Positions 28,909 to 38,731 of a stretch of DNA of 64,000 nucleotides are shown here, piece after piece. The notes under the pieces were generated by a model. That model was given only the letters and a program-made list of their open reading frames with translations. It did no database searches and had not been told where the DNA came from. This DNA is from Candidatus Omnitrophota bacterium (lineage in GTDB: Bacteria > Omnitrophota > Gorgyraeia > Gygaellales > Profunditerraquicolaceae): positions 158,855 through 222,854 of the forward strand of contig JBAZJY010000002.1 of NCBI GenBank assembly GCA_041651115.1, written 5' to 3'. Position numbers and translations under genes: made by a program. Every line of letters begins with the position of its first letter. Positions within the stretch are counted from its first letter, which is position 1.

Positions 28909-29572
28909 GTGCCAGGTGCCAGGTATCAGGTATCAGGTTTTTAAAAAATTAAGTTTAATTTTACTCGCCGTTGGTTTCTTCTTTTTTGGCTGCGCCCGGA
29001 AAGAAACGGTGAATATCGGATCAAGCGGTACAAGCATCGTCTGTTACGGCGATAGCTTAACTTTCGGCTACGGCGCCGGGCCGGGGGAGGATTATCCTAC
29101 TGCCCTGGCAAAATTAGTAGATGTTCCGGTGGTCAACGCGGGCGTTGACGGCGACACGAGTGCCGAGGGGCTTGGGCGTATAGATTCCGGCGTCTTGGAC
29201 AGGGACCCGTTCCTGGTGATCATTGAGTTCTGCGGCAATGATTTTTTAAAAAAAGTCCCGATGGAGGAGACGCTTAAGAATATAAGCGCGATGATCGATA
29301 AAATACATGCCTACGGATCAATGGTCGCGCTGGTAGATATCAGCGCGGGCCTTTTACTTAAAGAATACCGGCAGCAGTTCAGGCAGCTTGCCCGGCGTAA
29401 AAACGTGCTTTTTATCCCCGCGATATTAAGCGGCATCGTTACTAACCCGAGCCTCAAAAGTGATTTTCTCCACCCTAATGCAAGCGGCTATAGTATGATC
29501 GCCCACAAAATATACCGCGCGATCTCCCCCTACCTTCAGAAAAACAAGCTTGCCAGATTAACCAAGAAGTAG
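28895..29572 (+). CDS. SGNH/GDSL hydrolase (arylesterase-like)
   Basis: CYGDSLTFGYG block I and GDTSAEG block II. Confidence 0.7.
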   Translation: MRRVRCQVPGIRYQVFKKLSLILLAVGFFFFGCARKETVNIGSSGTSIVCYGDSLTFGYGAGPGEDYPTALAKLVDVPVVNAGVDGDTSAEGLGRIDSGVLDRDPFLVIIEFCGNDFLKKVPMEETLKNISAMIDKIHAYGSMVALVDISAGLLLKEYRQQFRQLARRKNVLFIPAILSGIVTNPSLKSDFLHPNASGYSMIAHKIYRAISPYLQKNKLARLTKK

Positions 29573-29609
29573 TAATATGGTTTCACTTTAAATTTAATTG
29601 GAGGATACC

Positions 29610-29804
29610 ATGAAAAAATCAGGATTATTATTGGCTGCTTTTATTGTCGTATTATCTGTCTCCGGATGTGTGGCTATGCAGGAATGCGTTGAGACATCCG
29701 ATAAAGACGCCAAGATCAAGAACTTGCAGGAGATCATTGACGATCAACAACAGCAGCTGCGGCAAATAAACGACAGCCTGGCTGCGTGCGAGGCCCGGAA
29801 TTAG
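29610..29804 (+). CDS. small lipoprotein with coiled-coil
   Basis: LSVSGC lipobox, then a Q-rich helix. Confidence 0.4.
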   Translation: MKKSGLLLAAFIVVLSVSGCVAMQECVETSDKDAKIKNLQEIIDDQQQQLRQINDSLAACEARN

Positions 29805-29805
29805 G

Positions 29806-30552
29806 ATGTTTTTAAATAAGCAACTGGTTTTATCGGCTGTTTTATGCGTCTTACTGGCCGGCTGCGCCACTGCGCCGCAGGTAAGGCCTCCGGCCGTCCC
29901 TCTTCAGCCCGGGACATACCATATTGTAGGCAGCGGCCAGACCCTCTACAGTATTTCCAGGGCATATGATGTCAGCATCAATGATATCATGGCTGCCAAC
30001 GCTATCAAAAACCCCAACCTTATCGGCGTAGGAGAAAGATTGCTTATCCCGCACGCGCAACAGCCGCTGCATATACAGCCGTCTGTCTGCGTAGGCTTGG
30101 GCCCGGTAGAAGATATTGTCGGTGAAAAACAATACCACGTGCGCTGGAACAGGATCACCGTGCATCACAGCGCGACAAAAGAGGGCAATGCCGGGGCTTT
30201 TGACCGCAACCACCGTCGCAGGGGAATGGGCGGGTTATTTTACCATTTTGTCATCGGTAACGGCACCGGGTCAGGCGACGGAGAGATAGAAGTAGGCTGG
30301 CGCTGGCGCAGGCAGAAAGAAGTCAACCGTAAGGCCGAGATTGAAATATGCCTGGTAGGTGATTTTAACCGGCAGCAGATGTCTGATGCGCAATATGTTT
30401 CTTTGGCCAAGCTCATCAAGGTGCTGATGAACCAGTATTCTATCCCGGTTTCCCGCGTCAGGAGGCACCGGGACATCCCCGGGCTGATCACCGAATGCCC
30501 TGGCAGGAACTTTCCTTTTAACCGCCTCAAAGAGGAATTGCGTAAACCGTAA
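29806..30552 (+). CDS. LysM domain + N-acetylmuramoyl-L-alanine amidase (amidase_2/PGRP)
   Basis: LysM (YHIVGSGQTLYSISRAYDVSINDIMAAN) followed by an amidase_2 domain (HHSAT.). Confidence 0.7.
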   Translation: MFLNKQLVLSAVLCVLLAGCATAPQVRPPAVPLQPGTYHIVGSGQTLYSISRAYDVSINDIMAANAIKNPNLIGVGERLLIPHAQQPLHIQPSVCVGLGPVEDIVGEKQYHVRWNRITVHHSATKEGNAGAFDRNHRRRGMGGLFYHFVIGNGTGSGDGEIEVGWRWRRQKEVNRKAEIEICLVGDFNRQQMSDAQYVSLAKLIKVLMNQYSIPVSRVRRHRDIPGLITECPGRNFPFNRLKEELRKP

Positions 30553-30554
30553 TT

Positions 30555-31484
30555 ATGGCCCAAAAGAATAAATTTTTAACCCTGTCTTTACCGGCCCTGC
30601 TGGTTGCCGTATTGTTTTTTGCTTCTCTGGCCGCGTGGAATTATTGGCAGCTGAGAAAACAATTCCTGCAGAAAAAAGCCGCCTGGGCTGTTCTGGAAAA
30701 ACAGGTAGCTGCGGCAGCAAATAATTTCCATCAGGAAGCCGGCATTGTGATCAAGGACCTTTCTATGGGATGGGAAATAAAGGTCAACGAAGATAAGTTA
30801 TTTCCTTCCGCAAGTATGGTTAAGGTGCCGGTTATGGCTGCTTATATGCTTGCCTCAAGCCTTGGCAAGATAGATTTAAAGCGTAACCTTACGCTTAGGA
30901 ACCGCGACCGCGCCCTGGGATCAGGCATATTAAAAGATTATGCCCCGGGCACGCAGTTTAGCATTGAAGATTTGATTGAGATCATGATTGTGCACAGCGA
31001 TAATACTGCCGCAAACATGCTTATCGGCTATATGGGGTTTGAGCCGCTCAATGCTTATTTCCGTAAACTTGGCTTAGAGAATACTAATCTTAGCCGTAAG
31101 ATGATGGATTTTAAAAGCCGTAAAGCCGGGGTTGAAAATTATACCTCTGCCCGTGACACCGCCTTCCTGCTGGAAGAAATCTATCGTAACCGGCTGGTAA
31201 ACAAAGCATATTCCCAAAGATGCCTTGCTATTCTAAGCCGCCAGAAGATCCGTGACCGCATCCCGGCAAGGCTTCCTGCCGATACTCCGGTAGCCCATAA
31301 GACCGGTTTGGAGCGCGGCATCTGTCATGATGCCGGCATAATCTTTACTTCCCGTGGGGATCTTCTTATTTGCGCCCTGACAAAGCATAATTATAAAACC
31401 GCAAGGCCCGCCAAAAAATTCATCTCTAATCTAGCGCTTTACGTGTATAACTACTATGCTGCAGGCGCCTCCAGCCGCCGATAA
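30555..31484 (+). CDS. class A beta-lactamase-like serine hydrolase
   Basis: SMVK (SxxK), SDN and KTG motifs in the correct order. Has an N-terminal TM/signal. Confidence 0.65.
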   Translation: MAQKNKFLTLSLPALLVAVLFFASLAAWNYWQLRKQFLQKKAAWAVLEKQVAAAANNFHQEAGIVIKDLSMGWEIKVNEDKLFPSASMVKVPVMAAYMLASSLGKIDLKRNLTLRNRDRALGSGILKDYAPGTQFSIEDLIEIMIVHSDNTAANMLIGYMGFEPLNAYFRKLGLENTNLSRKMMDFKSRKAGVENYTSARDTAFLLEEIYRNRLVNKAYSQRCLAILSRQKIRDRIPARLPADTPVAHKTGLERGICHDAGIIFTSRGDLLICALTKHNYKTARPAKKFISNLALYVYNYYAAGASSRR

Positions 31485-31489
31485 TCAGC

Positions 31490-31518
31490 TTGATTTTTTT
31501 GTTCGCGCGGTTTATAAT
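31490..31518 (+). promoter_or_regulatory. sigma70-like promoter (TTGATT-17nt-TATAAT) for the ABC-transporter/radical-SAM glycan operon
   Basis: TTGATT lies at 31490-31495 and TATAAT at 31513-31518, in a 96-nt gap before wzm. Confidence 0.5.
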
Positions 31519-31580
31519 ATAGGCTAATAAATCGTTTCTATTAAAGAAGATACGCATAATCCCGCTCGCCTGCCGCAAAC

Positions 31581-32360
31581 ATGATTAAGCAGAGATTAGA
31601 AAGACTGTATTTATCCCGCCGTATCTTATGGGATATGACTACCCGCCAGTTAAAGGCAAATTACGCCGGTTCATTCCTGGGGATCTGGTGGGCAGTGGTA
31701 ACCCCGCTTTTATTGGCAGTAAGCATTAATTTTATCTTTACGGTGGTCTTTAAGGTGACCATGAAAGATTACTATCTTTTTGTGCTGGCGGGGATTATCC
31801 CGTGGATGTTCTTTATTAATGCCTTAAATGAAGCCGCGAATTCTTTTAGCGTCAATCGCTCGATCCTTAAGCAGGGCGTTTTCCCGAGAGAATTAGTCCC
31901 GCTTTCCTGTGTCTTGGCGTATCTGCTGAATTTTCTTATCGGGTTTATTTTCCTGCTGCCGCTGTTTGCCGCCGCTGACGTGCGGGTAGCCGTATTCATA
32001 CCCGTCTTATTCCTGCTGGCTCTACTTGAATTTATTTTTATCGCCGGCGCAAGCTTGTTGCTCTCCTGCCTGAATGTTTTTTGGCCTGACTTACGCTGCA
32101 TGCTGCCGGTAATATTTATGGTCTGGTTCTGGATAACCCCGGTATTTTATTCATTAAACATGCTGACCCCTTCATTACGCTGGATCTGCCTTTTAAATCC
32201 GGTAACTCATTATATCGTTGCCTATCAGAGGATACTCTTTGAAATAAAGCCGCCCGCGTTCTCAAGTTTTTTCTTATTATCCTGCCTGTCTTTTCTCTCA
32301 ATCGCTTTGGGCGGACTGTTCTTCATAAAGAAAGAATCGCAACTGTTAAAACGGATATGA
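31581..32360 (+). CDS. wzm: ABC-2 type polysaccharide/O-antigen export permease
   Basis: 259 aa, 6 TM helices, and an ABC-2 signature at the N-terminus (YRRILWDMTTRQLKANYAGSFLGIWW). Confidence 0.8.
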   Translation: MIKQRLERLYLSRRILWDMTTRQLKANYAGSFLGIWWAVVTPLLLAVSINFIFTVVFKVTMKDYYLFVLAGIIPWMFFINALNEAANSFSVNRSILKQGVFPRELVPLSCVLAYLLNFLIGFIFLLPLFAAADVRVAVFIPVLFLLALLEFIFIAGASLLLSCLNVFWPDLRCMLPVIFMVWFWITPVFYSLNMLTPSLRWICLLNPVTHYIVAYQRILFEIKPPAFSSFFLLSCLSFLSIALGGLFFIKKESQLLKRI

Positions 32361-33736
32361 GCATAATAAAATTTGATAACGTCAGCGAGAAATACCGCAT
32401 TAAGTTCGTCAGGGAAAATAAAGTCTCATGGGAAGAGATATGGGCGCTTAAAGACGTCTCTTTTGAAATAAAAGAGGGAGAGGTATTCGGGGTAATCGGC
32501 CAGAACGGCGCCGGCAAAACTACGCTGCTTAAGCTGATTGCCGGTATGATCGTGCCTGATTCAGGCAGTATCAATGTCGGAGGCAAGGTTGCTACTCTGA
32601 TGGAATTAGGCGCCGGCTTTAACGCCGAATTTACTGGCAGGGAAAATATCACGCTCAATGCCCGGATCTACGGCTTGGCGGAAGACGTGTTCAGCCGCAC
32701 GGTAGAGCAGATCATTGCTTTTGCAGACCTCGGCAAGTTCATAGACGCGCCGATCAAATATTACTCGCAGGGTATGTATATGCGTCTTGCCTTTGCCTTG
32801 GCAATTTTTATCAATCCCGATATCCTGCTGATCGACGATGTCCTGGCAGTGGGGGACACCGAGGCGCAGCAGAAATGCATTAAGAAGGTAATGGAATTAA
32901 AGCAGTCCGGTAAGACCGTTGTGGTGGTGACCCATGATATGGATATGATCTGCCGGCTCTGTAACCGCGCCTTACTCCTTGAAAAAGGCAAGATTATTTT
33001 GCAGGGCGATCCGGAAAGGGTGGTTTCCCGTTATACGGAAACCTCCGGCGACAAAAAAGGCATAGCGGTAATGGAAAAGTCCGGCATGCGCATAGTTTTT
33101 AATAACGGCAAGATTAGCCTTAGCTATAACGGCGTGGCGATCACCAATAAAATGGCCGGCTATATGGCATTCCTTCCGTTTTCCAATACCTGGAATTTCT
33201 CTTTTAATCTTTACTGGGAGGCAAGGCCGTTGCCGGAGAACAAGATCATCGCGGAAGGCAAATCCAGTGACGCTGCGATTTCCCAGAATTGGCAGTTTTC
33301 CCTGGAAGACGGTTGTTTATGCGCGCAGGCGGATATTAAAGGGGGCATTAAAGAGCCGCATATAGATTGGTTACTTTCCTGCCAATACGACCAATGGCAG
33401 GTTTTAGGCCAGCGCGGCGATTTCCCTCCTTATCTGCATAGGACAAACTGGCATGATATCGGCCTGGCCGAATCACCCGGCGGCATACTTGCCATATCCA
33501 GCAGCGCGCAGGAGAATGGGCTGCCCGGGATCATTTTTAGCGTTGACGACAAAGACGCCAGGATAAAACTGCTTAATACCGGTATGGAACTGGAGTGCCA
33601 CGTTATACAGCTATGCTTAAACAATAATAACCTTATTTCTTTCCGTATGATGATTTTCCCGGAGAGAAGAAAATTTGATGAATATCTGGAGATGAAGAAG
33701 GCGCAGCATGAGCAGGGTTCTGACATCGCGGCTTAA
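32357..33736 (+). CDS. wzt: ABC transporter ATP-binding protein with C-terminal extension domain (Wzt-like)
   Basis: Walker A GQNGAGKTT, an ABC signature and Walker B, followed by a ~230-aa C-terminal non-ATPase domain. Confidence 0.8.
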   Translation: MSIIKFDNVSEKYRIKFVRENKVSWEEIWALKDVSFEIKEGEVFGVIGQNGAGKTTLLKLIAGMIVPDSGSINVGGKVATLMELGAGFNAEFTGRENITLNARIYGLAEDVFSRTVEQIIAFADLGKFIDAPIKYYSQGMYMRLAFALAIFINPDILLIDDVLAVGDTEAQQKCIKKVMELKQSGKTVVVVTHDMDMICRLCNRALLLEKGKIILQGDPERVVSRYTETSGDKKGIAVMEKSGMRIVFNNGKISLSYNGVAITNKMAGYMAFLPFSNTWNFSFNLYWEARPLPENKIIAEGKSSDAAISQNWQFSLEDGCLCAQADIKGGIKEPHIDWLLSCQYDQWQVLGQRGDFPPYLHRTNWHDIGLAESPGGILAISSSAQENGLPGIIFSVDDKDARIKLLNTGMELECHVIQLCLNNNNLISFRMMIFPERRKFDEYLEMKKAQHEQGSDIAA

Positions 33737-36104
33737 AGATAATTACGCGAAACTCAAGCAGCACTATAAGAGCGGCGGCATGGCGTATGCCGTTTGGCGC
33801 GGCCTGCAATATTTCGGTTTTCTATTCAAAAAAGTCGTAGTCCGGCCAAAGCATCCGCGGTATGAAGAGATCTCAAACGGGAACATCAAGATCAGGTTTT
33901 ACGGAAACGGCCTGAGTTTATTCTGGAACAATGCCAGGATCACCGAGGGCGCGGGTTTGAACCTGTCGGTGAATACGCTGGAGCAGTGGACTGATTCCGC
34001 AAAGGCGGACTGGAGTATTCTAAAGAAGACCGGCAATTGTTTTACTTTCAGGGTAGCGTTCAAGGAATTGCCGTTGAGTGTAATCTGGGCCATTGAGATA
34101 GAAGATAACGACAGGATCTCCTGGCACATGGAAATGGAAACAGAAGAGTGGCTGCATATTGATGAGCTGCGTATCGTCTGTTTTGTTTCCGGCCGTTATA
34201 AGATATGGATCGCCGATACGCAGCAGTGCGATTTTCCCCGTTTATGCGGCTGGTGGCAAGACCTTTATTTATCGGATGTGCCGGTTTCCCTGATCGGGGT
34301 AAGATTTCCGGCAAAAGGCGAGTTCCTGCCTTCGCTTGTCCTTGAGACCGCCGAAAAAGAATGGCACTCCCTGATCCAGAACCCGCCTATAAATGAAAAC
34401 ACGCACCTTATCGGCTTAAGGCATACTATCTCCCAGGGCAAACATGATCATTCCCCCGGCCGCTTTCATGTTTTTACCGGCCGCTTGAGTTTATTCGGCA
34501 AAGATAATTTATTGGATAGCAAGTTAGAAAACTTCCGGCAAAGATCATTGCGTAAGACGATCGTTGAGAAATCAAAGCTGGATACTTCCCGGCGGCAATT
34601 AAAGGTCCTTTTGGCAAATCTTCCCTGGTATCAAGGCGGCAGATGGGGCGTCAGGGCAGGTTCCCGCTGGCCGCACATTAAATACGAGACCGAGCGCGAC
34701 TATCAGCCGTTCCCTTTCTTTCTTGCCTACGCGACTTCTCTGTTGCAAAAATTCGGCATTGACGTTTCGATAATTGATGCTGTTGCCGGCCATATGAGCG
34801 AGGCGATATTTTTGGAAAAGGCGCACAGCATGGGTATTGATTATCTGGTCGCGGAAACCTCTATTCCTTCGTTTGATTACGACCTGGCTTTGCTGCAGAA
34901 GGTATCTGATGCAGGTATTAAAATCATCCTTTGCGGCCCGAATTCGGAAATTTATAAATTGGAATTTTTAAAGAAACACCCGTTCATTGATTTTGTGTTA
35001 TACGGAGAATACGAATTCACCCTGCTTGAATTGGTTGAATGCCTGGAGGCAGGCAGGGCCCCTTCCGGTATCAAGGGCCTGATCTATCGCGATAAAGCCG
35101 GGCCGATAAAAAATCCTCCCCGGGAACCGTTTGATATAAATCTCCTGCCGTGGCCGCACAGGGACAGCCTGCCGATGGGTAAGTACCTTGACGCTCCCGG
35201 AGAGCTGCCTTTGCCCAGCGTGCAAATGATCGCTTCCCGCGGCTGCCCGTTTAAGTGCCAGTTTTGCCTCTGGCCGCAGGTAATTTACGCCGGCAGGCAT
35301 TACCGCGCCAGGTCGGTGGAAGATACCATTGATGAGATGGAATACCTTGTCCGGGAAAGAGGCTTCAAGTCCGTTTATTTCGACGATGATACTTTTAATA
35401 TCGGTAAAGAAAGGATGCTTTACTTTTGCCAGGAATTAAAACGCCGCGGCCTGGACAAAACCCCGTGGGCAATAATGGCCAGGCCTGACTTGATGGATAA
35501 GGAGATACTGGAAAGCATGAAGGACGCCGGGCTGTGGGCGGTAAAATACGGCATGGAGTCAACCACGCAATCCCTCGTTGACAACATAGAAAAGAATATG
35601 GATTTAAATATCGCCGAACAGATGATTCGGCTGACCAATAAGTTGGGGATCAGGGTGCACTTGACGTTTACTTTCGGCCTGCCGGGAGAAACGATGGAAA
35701 CGATCCGTAACACGATCAAGCGCGTCCGGGAGCTGGACCCTTTTTCGGTCCAGTTTTCCATCACTACGCCTTTTCCGGGGACAAAATATTATGACGCGCT
35801 GGACAAACAGGGTTTTATCGTATCAAAGAATTTTTCCGATTATGACGGGCATTATAAAAGTACGATCCGGCTGGAAGGGCTTAAGCCCCAGGACCTGGAA
35901 ATGGCAAAAGAAATGGCTTACCGCTCCTGGCGCGACCATTTGAGGAAAAGAAGGGGATTTGCCGGGGACATTAAGAGATTTTTTACTTACTTGAAAGATA
36001 AGGGCCCGGCTTATGCCGCGTCCAAGTCTTTCAGTTACCTCAATTATGTTTTTGTCGGCAGGCCCAAATATCTCAAGATGGATAATTCATCCACGGAGAA
36101 ATAA
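33708..36104 (+). CDS. B12-binding radical SAM protein with N-terminal Wzt-C-terminal-like domain
   Basis: 798 aa. The N-terminal ~300 aa share motifs with the Wzt C-terminal domain (I.F.NG.SL..N..IT, HID.L..C, DFP). They are followed by a B12-binding domain and a CPFKCQFC radical SAM cluster. Confidence 0.75.
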   Translation: MSRVLTSRLKDNYAKLKQHYKSGGMAYAVWRGLQYFGFLFKKVVVRPKHPRYEEISNGNIKIRFYGNGLSLFWNNARITEGAGLNLSVNTLEQWTDSAKADWSILKKTGNCFTFRVAFKELPLSVIWAIEIEDNDRISWHMEMETEEWLHIDELRIVCFVSGRYKIWIADTQQCDFPRLCGWWQDLYLSDVPVSLIGVRFPAKGEFLPSLVLETAEKEWHSLIQNPPINENTHLIGLRHTISQGKHDHSPGRFHVFTGRLSLFGKDNLLDSKLENFRQRSLRKTIVEKSKLDTSRRQLKVLLANLPWYQGGRWGVRAGSRWPHIKYETERDYQPFPFFLAYATSLLQKFGIDVSIIDAVAGHMSEAIFLEKAHSMGIDYLVAETSIPSFDYDLALLQKVSDAGIKIILCGPNSEIYKLEFLKKHPFIDFVLYGEYEFTLLELVECLEAGRAPSGIKGLIYRDKAGPIKNPPREPFDINLLPWPHRDSLPMGKYLDAPGELPLPSVQMIASRGCPFKCQFCLWPQVIYAGRHYRARSVEDTIDEMEYLVRERGFKSVYFDDDTFNIGKERMLYFCQELKRRGLDKTPWAIMARPDLMDKEILESMKDAGLWAVKYGMESTTQSLVDNIEKNMDLNIAEQMIRLTNKLGIRVHLTFTFGLPGETMETIRNTIKRVRELDPFSVQFSITTPFPGTKYYDALDKQGFIVSKNFSDYDGHYKSTIRLEGLKPQDLEMAKEMAYRSWRDHLRKRRGFAGDIKRFFTYLKDKGPAYAASKSFSYLNYVFVGRPKYLKMDNSSTEK

Positions 36105-36105
36105 T

Positions 36106-37512
36106 ATGGATAAAGTAGCTAGCGCAGATATATTGCTTATACAATCCCCGCCCTGGGATACGGAGATGCCCCCGCTTGGCACGGCGTATCTTTCCAGCTA
36201 TCTTAAAAAATTCGGCCGCAATGTTTCGCTTCTGGATTTGAATATCGCATTATACCAGATGGCAGGCGAAGATAGTAAATATCTCTGGGAACAGAAAAAT
36301 TATGACTGTTGGGTAGATACCAATTTATTTAAGGATACCTGGTGCAAACTCCAGGATAATGTCCTTTCCTGTTTTACCAAAGCGCTAAAAGAATCAGGCG
36401 CTAAGCGCATCGGGTTGTCGGTAAATTATGCAAGCATTAATTTCGCGGGGGAATTCCTTAAGCTGGTTACCGGCCTGCACAAGGACCTGAAAATCATCGT
36501 CGGAGGGTGGGGGTGTTCTACCTCGCATATGCGCAGCCTCTTCCCGGCAGGCTCGGTAGATGTATTTGTCGTGGGCGAAGGCGAAGAGACCTTATTTGAA
36601 GTGATGGAAGTTTTAGACGGCGAGAGGCCGGAGGCAGAGGTCGCAGGAGCGGTGTTTAGCAAAAATCCCGCTATCGAGTACAGGCCGCGGCCGCCGATCA
36701 AGGACCTTGACAGCATCCCCTGGCCGACATTTGAGGAATTCCAACTCAACCAATATAAGCACAGGGTGCTCCCGGTTTTTACCAGCCGGGGCTGCATCGG
36801 CCACTGCAGCTTCTGTAATGATTGGTATATTTCCAAGCCTTATCGCCACCGCAGCGCCGGGCACATCTTCGAAGAATTAAAATACCAGAAGGAGCGTTAT
36901 AAAATACAGACCTTTAGTTTTAAAGACCTGTTATGCAACGGCGACATAGATGAACTTAGCCGCCTGGCTGATTTGATAATTGAATCCGGGCTTGGCATCA
37001 ACTGGGATTCCCAGGCCATCCCGCGCAAGGAAATGACCTATGACCTGTTATGTAAACTCAAGGAATGCGGCTGCGGCACGTTGATCTACGGCATTGAGAC
37101 GTTTTCCGATAACGTGCTCAAGCGGATGCGCAAATTATTCACCAGCGAGATCGCAGAAAGGGTGATCAGGGACACTCACAAAGCGGGCATACCGGTGATG
37201 TTCAATATCATCGTCGGTTTTCCCGGAGAAACAGAAGAAGATTTCCAGAAGACTTATGATGCGATAAAAAGGAACCGGCAGTATATCGACCGGATAGGCG
37301 CTGTCAGCGTCTGCCTTGTCAATGCCGAAAGCGACCTGGAGGTGGTTTCCCAGAATTACGGCCTGGTTTTAAGCCCGGACCACCGGATCAGGGCCAAGCA
37401 GTGGCATACCGAAGATAATACCAATACTTATTCGATCAGAAAAAAAAGGGCAGAGCGTATTTATGAACTGATCAGCCAGCTCGGGCTTTCATACGCGACG
37501 TTAACTATATAG
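36106..37512 (+). CDS. B12-binding radical SAM protein
   Basis: Start is ATG 36106, right after the upstream stop. It has a cobalamin-binding N-domain and a CIGHCSFC cluster. Confidence 0.8.
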   Translation: MDKVASADILLIQSPPWDTEMPPLGTAYLSSYLKKFGRNVSLLDLNIALYQMAGEDSKYLWEQKNYDCWVDTNLFKDTWCKLQDNVLSCFTKALKESGAKRIGLSVNYASINFAGEFLKLVTGLHKDLKIIVGGWGCSTSHMRSLFPAGSVDVFVVGEGEETLFEVMEVLDGERPEAEVAGAVFSKNPAIEYRPRPPIKDLDSIPWPTFEEFQLNQYKHRVLPVFTSRGCIGHCSFCNDWYISKPYRHRSAGHIFEELKYQKERYKIQTFSFKDLLCNGDIDELSRLADLIIESGLGINWDSQAIPRKEMTYDLLCKLKECGCGTLIYGIETFSDNVLKRMRKLFTSEIAERVIRDTHKAGIPVMFNIIVGFPGETEEDFQKTYDAIKRNRQYIDRIGAVSVCLVNAESDLEVVSQNYGLVLSPDHRIRAKQWHTEDNTNTYSIRKKRAERIYELISQLGLSYATLTI

Positions 37513-37522
37513 GAGACAAGAT

Positions 37523-38731
37523 ATGTTCTTTAAGAAAGAAGACCTTCTGTTAAAAGGCGTATTGGACGGTGCGCGGGCATTTTTAGGCCCGGAGATCGTG
37601 CAGTTTGACATTACCAATAGATGCAACAACGACTGTTTGTGCTGCTGGAACAATTCGCCGCTTTTGGGCGATGTAGCCGTAAATGATAAGCTCGACAAGA
37701 GAGACGAGTTGCCGGTTGATCTGGTCAAGCGGACCATCAAAGAGCTACGGCAGATGGGCACGCGTACCCTGTTCTTTGCCGGCGGAGGAGAGCCGTTTAT
37801 CCATCCGCATATCATGGAGATCCTGGAATACGCCAAAAAAAACCAGATGCGCGTGTTTATCAATACCAATTTTACGCTGGTCGATAAAGAGCGCGCGGAG
37901 CGGATAGTGACCGCCAAAGTAGACCATATCCACGTCAGCCTCCTGGCAGGCACTGCCCCGACCTATGCCGTGATCCATCCCAATAAGAATGAGGATACCT
38001 TTGCGGGGATCAAGCAGATACTTAAATACATCTCCGTGTTAAAAGCCAATCGCAAACAGCACCTTTACAATCCCCTGCCGCATATCAACCTGTATTACGT
38101 TATCTTTAACCGTAATTATCATGAGATAGATAAGATGGTTGACCTGGCCATGGAAGTAAGAGCAGACAGCGTTGAGTTTACGCCGGTAGATATCGTCCCC
38201 GGCAAAACCGCGTCGCTGCTCATGGATAAAGAACAGATCGCGCAGGTAGTGCAGGCGGTGAATGAACAGGCCAGCAGGCTTGAGCGCTATAATATAGACG
38301 AGCCGGTAAAAGTATATATTGCGCAGAAAGACAGTTTCATTAAGCGGATCAACTCCCCTTTTGCCATGGAAGGCAAATATGAAGCCGAGACGATCACCAA
38401 GCAGCCATGTTATGTAGGCTGGGCCTTTGCGCGCATCAATGCCGACGGAAGCGTGGAGCCCTGCCTTAAGGCCCACCGTTTGTCCGTGGGCAGTCTCTAT
38501 AAGCATTCCTTCCGGGAAATCTGGAATAACCCTGAGCAGCAGTTATTCAGGAAAAAGACCTTTTCCCTTGATTTTAACGATCCGTATTTTCAGCAGATAG
38601 GCAATGACCCGAATTACCCCTGCGGCTGCCTGAAAAGCTGCGATAATATCCAGATCAACGTTGATATAGAAAAGAGATTGGGGGAGACGCTGAGGAAAAA
38701 TGGACGAATTCAGGAAAGTAATTCGCGATAA
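37523..38731 (+). CDS. radical SAM/SPASM domain protein, paralog 1
   Basis: DITNRCNNDCLCCW cluster, GGGEPF SAM motif, and C-terminal Cys motifs (PCYVGW...C.KAH, PCGCLKSCDN). Confidence 0.75.
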   Translation: MFFKKEDLLLKGVLDGARAFLGPEIVQFDITNRCNNDCLCCWNNSPLLGDVAVNDKLDKRDELPVDLVKRTIKELRQMGTRTLFFAGGGEPFIHPHIMEILEYAKKNQMRVFINTNFTLVDKERAERIVTAKVDHIHVSLLAGTAPTYAVIHPNKNEDTFAGIKQILKYISVLKANRKQHLYNPLPHINLYYVIFNRNYHEIDKMVDLAMEVRADSVEFTPVDIVPGKTASLLMDKEQIAQVVQAVNEQASRLERYNIDEPVKVYIAQKDSFIKRINSPFAMEGKYEAETITKQPCYVGWAFARINADGSVEPCLKAHRLSVGSLYKHSFREIWNNPEQQLFRKKTFSLDFNDPYFQQIGNDPNYPCGCLKSCDNIQINVDIEKRLGETLRKNGRIQESNSR

